This document shows, piece by piece, positions 12,001-22,038 of a stretch of DNA of 35,152 nt. The stretch lies in contig NEEC01000223.1 of assembly GCA_002189035.1 (NCBI GenBank), positions 1 through 35,152 of the forward strand, given 5' to 3'. Position numbers and translations under genes: made by a program. Under the pieces are notes generated by a model. It did no database searches, was not told the origin of the DNA, and worked only from the letters and a program-made list of their open reading frames with translations. Each line of letters starts with the position of its first letter. The first letter of the stretch is position 1. The DNA is from Utricularia gibba (taxonomy: Eukaryota; Plantae; Magnoliophyta).

Positions 12001-15000
12001 TAGGCTTGGGCCGAAAGTAAGTTGTAGCCGCAAAGAAAGTGATGTATTTATTATCGTTCGGTTTTGGGGTTGCCTACATGGTTTTTCAAGGAACATCTTC
12101 TCGTTTTGTGGTGGCTAGTCTCGCTGGGAACTTGGTCCTTGACCCCGATTCTGTATGGCTCATGGGGTCAACCGGATGCAAATCGAAGAAAAAAAATGAT
12201 GCATTTGTTTAAATTACGATATCACGTGCACCCTACATGATTTTTTCGACAACTTACTTTATACATGGGGAGGCGGTCTTGGGGGGTACTGGAACCGGAA
12301 AATGGTCAGCGTAGGCTTGGGCCGATAGTAAGTTGTAGCCCGACAAAGAAAGTGATGTATTTATTATCGTTCGGTTTTGGGCTGCCTACATGGTTTTTCA
12401 AGGAAAATCTTCTCGTTTTGTGGTGGCTAGTCTCGCAGGAACTTGTCCTGGACCCCGATTCTGTATGGCTCATGGGTCAACCGGATGCAAATCGAAGAAA
12501 AAAATGATGCATTTGTTTAAATTACGATATCACGTGCACCCTACATGATTTTTTCGACAACTTACTTTATACATGGGGAGGCGGTCTTGGGGGGTACCTG
12601 GAACCGGAAAATGGTCAGCGTAGGCTTGGGCCGATAGTAAGTTGTAGCCCGACAAAAAAGTAATGTATTTATTATCGTTCGGTTTCGGAAGCTGCCTAAA
12701 TGCTTTTTGAAAGAACATCTTCTCGTTTTATGGCGGCCAGTCTCGCTGGGAACTTGGTCCTTGACCCTGGTTCTGTATGCTCATGGGGTCAACCGGATGC
12801 AAATCGATGAAAAAAATGATGCATTTGTTTAAATTGCGATATCACGTGCACCCCACATGATTTTTTCAACAACTTACTTTATACTTGAGGAGGCGATCTT
12901 AGGGTGCACCTCGAACAGGACAAAGGTAAGGTTTGGCTTGCGCCAGAGTTAGTTGTAGCCCGACAAAGAAAGTGATGTATTTATTATCGTTCGGTTTTCG
13001 GGGTTGCCTACATGGTTTTTCAAGGAACCTTCTCGTTTTGTGGTGGCCAGTCTCGCTGGGAACTTGTCCTGACCCCGATTCTGTATGGCTCATGAGGTCA
13101 ACCGGATGCAAATCGATGAAAAAAATGATGCATTTGTTTAAATTACGATATCACGTGCACCCCACATGATTTTTTAACAACTTACTTTATACATGAGGAG
13201 GCGGTCTTGGGGGGTACCTGGAACCGGAAAATGGTCAGCTTAGGCTTGGGCCGATAGTAAGTTGTAGCCCGGCAAAGAAAGTGATGTATTTATTATCGTT
13301 CGGTTTTCGGGGGCTGCCTACATGGTTTTTCAAGGAACCGCTTCTCGTTTTGTGGCGGCCAGTCTCGCTGGGAACTTGGTCCTGGACCCCGATTCTGTAT
13401 GGCTCATGGGGTCCACCGGATGCAAATCGAAGAAAAAAAAATGATGCATTTGTTTAAATTACGATATCACGTTCACCCTACATGATTTTTTCGACAACTT
13501 ACTTTATACATGGGGAGGCGGTCTTGGGGGGTACCTGGAACCGGAAAATGGTCAGCTTAGGCTTGGGCCGATAGTAAGTTGTAGCCCGGCAAAGAAAGTG
13601 ATGTATTTATTATCGTTCGGTTTTGGGGGCTGCCTACATGGTTTTTCAAGGAAAATCTTCTCGTTTTGTGGTGGCTAGTCTCGCAGGGAACCTTGTCCTG
13701 GACCCCGATTCTGTATGGCTCATGGGTCAACCGGATGCAAATCGAAGAAAAAAAATGATGCATTTGTTTAAATTACGATATCACGTGCACCCTACATGAT
13801 TTTTTCGACAACTTACTTTATACATGGGGAGCGGTCTTGGGGGTACCTGGAACTGGAAAATGGTCAGCGTAGGCTTGGGCCGATAGTAAGTTGTAGCCCG
13901 ACAAATAAAGTAATGTATTTATTATCGTTCGGTTTTCGGAAGCTGCCTAAATGCTTTTTGAAAGAACATCTTCTCGTTTTATGGCGGCCAGTCTCGCTGG
14001 GAACTTGGTCCTTGACCCTGGTTCTGTATGGCTCATGGGGTCAACCGGATGCAAATCGATGAAAAAAATGATGCATTTGTTTAAATTGCGATATCACGTG
14101 CACCCCACATGATTTTTTTCAACAACTTACTTTATACTTGAGGAGGCGATCTTAGGGTGCACCTCGAACAGGACAAAGGTAAGGTTTGGCTTGCGCCGAG
14201 AGTTAGTTGTAGCCAGACAAATAAAGTGATGTATTTATTATCGTTCGGTTTTCGGGGGCTGCCTACATGGTTTTTCAAGGAACCGCTTCTCGTTTTGTGG
14301 TGGCCAGTCTCGCTGGGAACTTGGTCCTTGACCCCGATTCTGTATTGCTCATGAGGTCAACCGGATGCAAATCAATTAAAAAAATGATGCATTTGTTTAA
14401 ATTACGATGTCACGTGCACCCCACATGATTTTTTTAACAACATACTTTATACATGAGGAGGCAGTCTTTGGGTGCATTTGGAACGGGACAAAGGTAAGGT
14501 TTTGCGTGCACCGAGAGTTAGTTGTAGTCCGGCAAATAAAGTGATGTATTTATTATCGTTCGGTTTTCGGGGCTGCCTACATGGTTTTTCAAGGAACCGC
14601 TTCTCGTTTTGTGGCGGCCAGTCTCGCTGGGAACTTGGTCCTGGACCCCGATTCTGTATGGCTCATGGGTCACCGGATGCAAATCGAAGAAAAAAATGAT
14701 GCATTTGTTTAAATTACGATATCACGTGCACCCTACATGATTTTTTCGACAACTTACTTTATACATGGGGAGGCGGTCTTGGGGGGTACCTGGAACCGGA
14801 AAATGGTCAGCTTAGGCTTGGGCCGATAGTAAGTTGTAGCCCGGCAAAGAAAGTGATGTATTTATTATCGTTCGGTTTTTGGGGGCTGCCTACATGGTTT
14901 TTTCAAGGAACATCTTCTCGTTTTGTGGTGGCTAGTCTCGCAGGGAACTTTGTCCTGGACCCCGATTCTGTATGGCTCATGGGGTCAACCGGATGCAAAT

Positions 15001-18000
15001 CGAAGAAAAAAAATGATGCATTTGTTTAAATTACGATATCACGTGCACCCTACATGATTTTTTCGACAACTTACTTTATACATGGGGAGGCGGTCTTGGG
15101 GGTACCTGGAACCGGAAAATGGTCAGCTTAGGCTTGGCCGATAGTAAGTTGTAGCCCGGCAAAGAAAGTGATGTATTTATTATCGTTCGGTTTTCGGGGC
15201 TTCCTACATGGTTTTTCAAGGAACATCTTCTCGTTTTGTGGCGGCTAGTCTCGCTGGGAACTTTGTCCTGGACCCCGATTCTGTATGGCTCATGGGGTCA
15301 ACCGGATGCAAATCGATGAAAAAAATGATGCATTTGTTTAAATTACGATATCACGTGCACCCTACATGATTTTTTCAACAACTTACTTTATACATGGGAG
15401 GCGGTCTTGGGGGTACCTGGAACCGGAAAAGGTCAGCTTAGGCTTGGGCCGAGTAAGTTGTAGCCCGGCAAAGAAAGTGATGTATTTATTATCGTTCGGT
15501 TTTGGGGGCTGCCTATGGTTTTTCAAGGAAAATCTTCTCGTTTTGTGGGGCCAGTCTCGCTGGGAACTTGGTCCTTGACCCCGATTCTGTATGGCTCATG
15601 GGGTCAACCGGATGCAAATCGATGAAAAAAAATGATGCATTTGTTTAAATTACGATGTCACGTGCACCCCATGATTTTTTAAACAACATACTTTATACAT
15701 GAGGAGGCGTCTTGGGGGTACCTGGAACCGGAAAAGGTCAGCTTAGGCTTGGGCCGAAGTAAGTTGTAGCCCGGCAAAGAAAGTGATGTATTTATTATCG
15801 TTCGGTTTTGGGGCTGCCTACATGGTTTTTCAAGGAACGCTTCTCGTTTTGTGGCGGCCAGTCTCGCTGGGAACTTGGTCCTGGACCCCGATTCTGTATG
15901 GCTCATGGGGTCACCGGATGCAAATCGAAGAAAAAAAATGATGCATTTGTTTAAATTACGATATCACGTGCACCCTACATGATTTTTTCACAACTTACTT
16001 TATACATGGGGAGGCGTCTTGGGGTACCTGGAACCGGAAAATGGTCAGCTTAGGCTTGGGCCGATAGTAAGTTGTAGCCCGGCAAAGAAAGTGATGTATT
16101 TATTATCGTTCGGTTTTGGGGGCTGCCTACATGGTTTTTCAAGGAAATCTTCTCGTTTGTGGCGGCTAGTCTCGCAGGGAACTTGTCCTGGACCCCGATT
16201 CTGTATGGCTCATGGGGTCAACCGGATGCAAATCGAAGAAACAATGATGCATTTGTTTAATTACGATATCACGTGCACCCCACATGATTTTTTCGACAAC
16301 TTACTTTATACATGGGGAGGCGGTCTTGGGGGTACCTGGAACCGGAAAATGGTCAGCTTAGGCTTGGGCCGATAGTAAGTTGTAGCCCGGCAAAGAAAGT
16401 GATGTATTTATTAACGTTCGGTTTTCGGGGTTGCCTACATGGTTTTTCAAGGAACATCTTCCCGTTTTGTGGTGGCTAGTCTCGCTGGGAACTTTGTCCT
16501 GGACCTCGATTCTTTATGGCTTATGAGGTCAACCGGATGCAAATCGATGAAAAAATGATGCATTTGTTTAAATTACGATATCACGTGCACCCTACATGAT
16601 TTTTTCAACAACTTACTTTATACTTGAGGAGGTGGTCTTGGGGGCAAGAGGAACCAGACAACGGTCATATTAGGCTTGGCCGAAAGTAAGTTGTAGCCCG
16701 GCAAAGAAAGTGATGTATTTATTAACGTTCGGTTTTCAGGGTTGCCTACATGGTTTTCCAAGGAAAAGCTTTCGTTTTGTGGCGGCCGCTCTCGCAGGGC
16801 ACTTGGTCCGGCCCCTGATTCTTTATGGCTCATGAGGACAAAAGGATGCAAATCGATGAAAATAATGATGCATTTGTTTAAATTACGATGTCGCGTGCAC
16901 CCCAAATGATTTTTTTAACAACATACTTTATACATGAGGAGGCGGTCTTGGGGGCACTTGGAACCGGAAAAAGATCAGCTTAGGCTTGGGCCGAAAGTAA
17001 GTTGTAGCCCGGCAAAGAAAGTGATGTATTTATTATCGTTCGGTTTTGGGGTTGCCTACATGGTTTTTCAAGGAACATCTTCTCGTTTTGTGGTGGCGTC
17101 TCGCTGGGAACTTGTCCTGACCCCGATTCTGTATGGCTCATGGGGTCAAGGATGCAAATCGAAGAAAAAAAATGATGCATTTGTTAAATTACGATATCAC
17201 GTGCACCCTACATGATTTTTTCGACAACTTACTTTATACATGGGAGGCGGTCTTGGGGGTACCTGGAACCGGAAAATGGTCAGCGTAGGCTTGGGCCGAT
17301 AGTAAGTTGTAGCCGGCAAAAAGTAATGTATTTATTATCGTTCGGTTTTCGGAAGCTGCCTAAATGCTTTTTGAAAGAACATCTTCTCGTTTTATGGCGG
17401 CCAGTCTCGCTGGGAACTTGGTCCTTGACCCTGGTTCTGTATGGCTCATGGGGTCAACCGGATGCAAATCGATGAAAAAAATGATGCATTTGTTTAAATT
17501 ACGATATCACGTGCACCCCACATGATTTTTTAACAACTACTTTATACATGAGGAGGCGGTCTTGGGGTACTGGAACCGGAAAATGGTCAGCGTAGGCTTG
17601 GCCGATAGTAAGTTGTAGCCCGACAAATAAAGTAATGTATTTATTATCGTTCGGTTTTCGGTGCCTAAATGCTTTTTGAAAGAACATCTTCGTTTTATGG
17701 CGGCGTCTCGCTGGAACTTGGTCCTTGACCCTGGTTCTGTATGGCCCATGGGGTCAACCGGATGCAAATCGATGAAAAAAAATGATGCATTTGTTTAAAT
17801 TGCGATATCACGTGCACCCCACATGATTTTTTCAACAACTTACTTTATACTTGAGGAGGCGATCTTAGGGTGCACCTCGAACAGGACAAAGGTAGGTTTG
17901 GCTTGCGCCGAGAGTTAGTTGTAGCCCGACAAAAAGTGATGTATTTATTATCGTTCGGTTTCGGGGCTGCCTACATGTTTTTCAAGGAACCGCTTCTCGT

Positions 18001-20860
18001 TTTGTGGTGGCCAGTCTCGCTGGGAACTTGGTCCTTGACCCCGATTCTGTATGCTCATGAGGTCAACCGGATGCAAATCATTAAAAAAATGATGCATTTG
18101 TTTAAATTACGATGTCACGTGCACCCCACATGATTTTTTTAACAACATACTTTATACATGAGGAGGCGTCTTGGGTGCATTTGGAACGGGACAAAGGTAA
18201 GGTTTTGCTGCACCGAGAGTTAGTTGTAGCCGGCAAATAAAGTGATGTATTTATTATCGTTCGGTTTTCGGGTTGCCTACATGGTTTTCCAAGGAACATC
18301 TTCTCGTTTTGTGGCGCCAGTCTCGCTGGGAGCTTTGTCCTGGACCCCGATTCTGTATGGCTCATGGGGTCAAAAGGATGCAAATCGATGAATACAATGA
18401 TGCATTTGTTTAAATTACGATATCACGTGCACCCTACATGATTTTTTCGACAACTTACTTTATACATGGGGAGGCGGTCTTGGGGGGTACCTGGAACCGG
18501 AAAATGGTCAGCTTAGGCTTGGGCCGATAGTAAGTTGTAGCCCGGCAAAGAAAGTGATGTATTTATTATCGTTCGGTTTTTGGGGGCTGCCTACATGGTT
18601 TTTCAAGGAAATCTTCTCGTTTTGTGGTGGCCAGTCTCGCTGGGAACTTGTCCTGACCCCGATTCTGTATGGCTCATGGGGTCAACCGGATGCAAATCGA
18701 AGAAAAAAAATGATGCATTTGTTTAAATTACGATATCACGTGCACCCTACATGATTTTTTCAACATACTTTATACATGGGAGGCGGTCTTGGGGGCACCT
18801 GGAACGGAAAGGTCAGCTAGGCTTGGGCCGATAGTAAGTTGTAGCCCGACAAATAAAGTGATGTATTTATTATCGTTCGGTTTTCGGGCTGCCTAAATGG
18901 TTTTTCAAAGAACATCTTCTCGTTTTGGCGGCCAGTCTCGCTGGGAACTTGGTCCTTGACCCTGATTCTGTATGGCTCATGGGTCAACCGGATGCAAATC
19001 GATGAAAAAAAATGATGCATTTGTTTAAATTGCGATATCACGTGCACCCCACATGATTTTTTCAACAACTTACTTTATACTTGAGGAGGCGGTCTTGGGG
19101 TGCACCTCGAACAGGACAAAGGTAAGGTTTGGCTTGCCGAGAGTAGTTGTAGCCCGACAAATAAAGTGATGTATTTATTATCGTTCGGTTTTCGGGGGCT
19201 TGCCTACATGGTTTTTCAAGGAACCTTCTCGTTTTGTGGTGGCCAGTCTCGCTGGGAACTTGGTCCTTGACCCCGATTCTGTATGCTCATGAGGTCAACC
19301 GGATGCAAATCAATTAAAAAAAATGATGCATTTGTTTAAATTACGATGTCACGTGCACCCCACATGATTTTTTAACAACATACTTTATACATGAGGAGGC
19401 GTCTTGGGTTTTGGAACGGGAAAAGGTAAGGTTTTGGCCCGAGAGTTAGTTGTAGCCGGCAAATAAAGTGATGTATTTATTATCGTTCGGTTTTCGGGGT
19501 TGCCTACATGGTTTTCCAAGGAACATCTTCTCGTTTGTGGCAGCCAGTCTCGCTGGGAGCTTTGTCCTGGACCCCGATTCTGTATGGCTCATGGGGTCAA
19601 AAGGATGCAAATCGATGAATACAATGATGCATTTGTTTAAATTACGATATCACGTGCACCCTACATGATTTTTTTTCGACAACTTACTTTATACATGGGG
19701 AGGCGGTCTTGGGGGTACCTGGAACCGGAAAATGGTCAGCTTAGGCTTGGGCCGATAGTAAGTTGTAGCCCGGCAAAGAAAGTGATGTATTTATTATCGT
19801 TCGGTTTTCGGGGCTGCCTACATGGTTTTTCAAGGAAATCTTCTCGTTTTGTGGTGGCTAGTCTCGCTGGGAACTTGTCCTGGACCCCGATTCTGTTATG
19901 GCTCATGGGGTCAACCGGATGCAAATCGAAGAAAAAAGATGCATTTGTTTAAATTACGATATCACGTGCACCCTTCATGATTTTTTCACAACATACTTTA
20001 TACATGAGGAGGCGTCTTGGGGACCTGGAACGGAGGTCAGGTAGGCTTGGGCCGAAGTAAGTTGTAGCCCGGCAAAGAAAGTGATGTATTTATTATCGTT
20101 CGGTTTTCGGGGCCTAATGGTTTTTGTCTTCTCGTTTTTGGCGGCCGCTCTCGCTGGGCACTTGGTCCGGGCCCCTGATTCTTTATGGCTCATGAGGACA
20201 AAATGATGCAAATCGATGAAAATAATGATGCATTTGTTTAAATTACGATGTCGCGTGCACCCCAAATGATTTTTTAACAACATACTTTATACATGAGGAG
20301 GCGGTCTTGGGGGCACTTGGAACCGGAAAAAGATCAGCTTAGGCTTGGGCCGAAAGTAAGTTGTAGCCCGGCAAAGAAAGTGATGTATTTATTATCGTTC
20401 GGTTTTTGGGGTTGCCTACATGGTTTTTCAAGGAACATCTTCTCGTTTTGTGGTGGCTAGTTTCGCTGGGAACTTGGTCCTTGACCCCGATTCTGTATGG
20501 CTCATGGGGTCAACCGGATGCAAATCGAAGAAAAAAAATGATGCATTTGTTTAAATTACGATATCACGTGCACCCTACATGATTTTTTCGACAACTTACT
20601 TTATACATGGGGAGGCGGTCTTGGGGGTACCTGGAACCGGAAAATGGTCAGCTTAGGCTTGGGCCGATAGTAAGTTGTAGCCCGGCAAAGAAAGATGTAT
20701 TTATTATCGTTCGGTTTTTGGGGCTGCCTAAATGTTTTTGAAAATCTTCTCGTTTTATGGCGGCCAGTCTCGCTGGGAACTTGTCCTTGACCCCGTTCTG
20801 TATGGCTCATGGGGTGATGAAAAAAAATGATGCATTTGTTTAAATTACGGTATCACGTGC
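1..20860. repeat. Tandem satellite array, ~310-315 bp monomer, ~67 copies (centromeric/pericentromeric-type)
   Basis: The anchor GATGCATTTG recurs at 96, 404, 717, 1027, 1339, 1651, 1963, 2272, 2583, 2896 and onward (spacing 308-313 bp) up to 20829. Conserved blocks such as GTGATGTATTTATTA(T/A)CGTTCGGTTTT and TCACGTGCACC occur in essentially every unit. A centromeric location is an inference only. Confidence 0.98.
140..12860. repeat. Higher-order repeat domain built on an ordered B-C-D-E monomer core with variable A-type fill
   Basis: Variant B (CAAGAGGAACCAGACAACGGTCATATTAGG) occurs near 180, 1430, 3300, 5770, 7620, 9165, 10725 and 11665. It is usually followed by C (CACTTGGAACCGGAAAAAGATC), D (GGTCAGCGTAGG...CTAAATGCTTTTTGAAAG) and E (GCGATCTTAGGGTGCACCTCGAACAGG). 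Confidence 0.85.
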
Positions 20861-21595
20861 CCTGGTTATATTCATATTGTGCATTTTGGTGAGGAGAGCA
20901 GATTCACCATAAGTTTTCTCAACTTCATTACCATCTCTTAGTTCCAATCTCTTTTCTGTAGATTGCAACTCAATCATGATCTCTCTAAATGTTGGCTCTG
21001 GTGTAACAGGATATTCAGGATACAGCTGATGGAGCTTTCCTTCAATAATGTCAAGGATTTTTCTTTCTGTCTCAAGTGCACATAACTTTGGCTCGAATCT
21101 TGCAGGTAGGCTCATGATTGCCTTGCTAATCACCTTTTGATCCTCAAGTTTTTCCCCCAATCCTCGAATCTCCTTCACAAGCTTCGCAGTACGTTCATAA
21201 TAGACTTGTATGGTTTCATTGTCTAACATTTTGTTCCTCTCAAAGTCCTCCAGCTTGTTTTTGCATAATATCTCTCTGAGTTTGGCATCGCCTTCATAAT
21301 GGGATTTGAGAGTATCCCATATTTCTTTTGCTGATTGACACTCTGCAATATCATCAAATAGATGTTCAGAGATGGCTTGATACAAGGCATCCATTGCTTC
21401 ATCTTTTCTCTGTTGAAGATACTCAGCTTCCTCTTGCTGTTCTGATGTGGATTTGCTTGTTATTGTAATAGCCGGAATCTCCCTTTCAACAACATCCCAA
21501 ATCTTTCTGACCCGAAGGTAGCTGCGCATCTTTTTGACCCAGCTTCCATACTCTGAACCATCAAATATTGGAGGTCCTCTACCAGATGCCATCAT
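20840..21595 (-). CDS. gag: Copia-type Gag (capsid region), C-terminally truncated and fused to 6 satellite-encoded residues; 251 aa from the first ATG
   Basis: PPIFDGSEYGSWVKKMRSYL...IWDVVE matches the copia gag N-terminal motif (DUF4219-like). SAKEIWDTLKSHYEG...KM.DNETI..YY.R...LV.EIR.LGE...SLP.RFE matches the Retrotran_gag_2/UBN2-like region. These were recognised by eye, not by HMM. The ORF track starts at a GTG (21601), while the first ATG is at 21595 and an in-frame TAG lies at 21635-21637. There is no CX2CX4HX4C knuckle. The stop TAA at 20840-20842 lies in satellite DNA. Confidence 0.88.
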   Translation of the reverse strand: MMASGRGPPIFDGSEYGSWVKKMRSYLRVRKIWDVVEREIPAITITSKSTSEQQEEAEYLQQRKDEAMDALYQAISEHLFDDIAECQSAKEIWDTLKSHYEGDAKLREILCKNKLEDFERNKMLDNETIQVYYERTAKLVKEIRGLGEKLEDQKVISKAIMSLPARFEPKLCALETERKILDIIEGKLHQLYPEYPVTPEPTFREIMIELQSTEKRLELRDGNEVEKTYGESALLTKMHNMNITRARDTVI

Positions 21596-21623
21596 AGCCA
21601 CCGCTTGACAAGCTTTGGGTTGA

Positions 21624-21644
21624 TACTTGGTAATCTACCAAGTA
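21624..21644 (-). other. Perfect 9-bp stem / 3-nt loop hairpin in the retroelement leader (also 28460-28480, 31597-31617, 34737-34757)
   Basis: TACTTGGTA-ATC-TACCAAGTA, lying between the PBS and the gag ATG. Confidence 0.7.
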
Positions 21645-21701
21645 AAAAACGCTGAACGGTATATAAAATACTGAAACGAACACAGGTTTGAGAACCTTAC
21701 T

Positions 21702-21713
21702 GCTCTGATACCA
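21702..21713 (-). promoter_or_regulatory. Primer-binding site complementary to tRNA-iMet 3' end (copy 1)
   Basis: Plus strand GCTCTGATACCA = minus strand TGGTATCAGAGC, directly after the LTR-terminal CA. This is the canonical plant LTR-retrotransposon Met PBS. Confidence 0.95.
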
Positions 21714-22038
21714 TGTTGTTGCAAGAAAAATAGAGTCTTGGGAAGTAACAAAAAGGTAATGCTTATGAGATCACCTTGGATGAAAAACGACTCATGAACA
21801 ATAAGAATGACCGAAAACCTAATTGACATGCATTTCTAGTAGGGCTTATATATACCAAATACCTAGGTTACCCAACAGTGGGCCACAATCATTGAAAACA
21901 CACAAAAAGCCCAACAACTCGAATCCAACACTTCCATGCTCGAACCCAACACCTTTTTTTATCTGAAATATGACATTATGACACAAGTTTAGTTCTTCCA
22001 ATCACCTTCAAGCTTTGGATTGAGGCTGATCTCCAACA
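21714..22038 (-). repeat. LTR, 325 bp (copy 1)
   Basis: Begins TGTTGGAGATC and ends GCAACAACA on the minus strand (5-bp terminal inverted repeat TGTTG/CAACA). Abuts the PBS and contains a TATA motif. Confidence 0.92.
21846..21854 (-). promoter_or_regulatory. Putative LTR TATA box (copy 1; also at 28682-28690, 31819-31827, 34959-34967)
   Basis: Minus strand GGTATATATAAGCCC, about 185 bp into the LTR, in the sense orientation of gag. Position is plausible for the U3/R boundary. Function is untested. Confidence 0.65.

Larger units (their letters stand above)
20861..22038 (-). mobile_element. Truncated Ty1/copia LTR retrotransposon (5' LTR + PBS + gag only), copy 1
   Basis: Minus strand: TGTTG...CAACA LTR, immediately followed by TGGTATCAGAGC (PBS), then a copia-type gag ORF. 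It breaks into satellite at 20860/20861. No PR, IN, RT, RH or 3' LTR is present. Confidence 0.95.

Noticed and set aside
159-20810. Dozens of 60-190 aa ORFs in the satellite (e.g. ...KKVMYLLSFGF...)
   Set aside because: They are translations of the repeat monomer. Frames shift at random between copies, there is no recognisable domain, and no frame is consistently conserved.
20861-20865. CCTGG at the left junction as a degenerate target-site duplication of CTTGG
   Set aside because: It is in-frame gag coding sequence (T-R codons), not adjacent to an LTR end, and it mismatches.
21735-21775. Similarity between the LTR (GTCTTGGGAAGTAACAAAAAGGTAATGCTT) and satellite E/F heads, suggesting the satellite derives from this LTR
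   Set aside because: There are only two short word matches and no extended collinearity by eye. The similar lengths (325 vs ~312 bp) look coincidental. A formal alignment would be needed to revive this.
21635-21829. 64-aa minus-strand ORF MSIRFSVILIV... repeated in all four copies
   Set aside because: It spans U5, the PBS and the leader of the LTR element. Its identity across copies is explained by recent duplication, and it has no protein motif.
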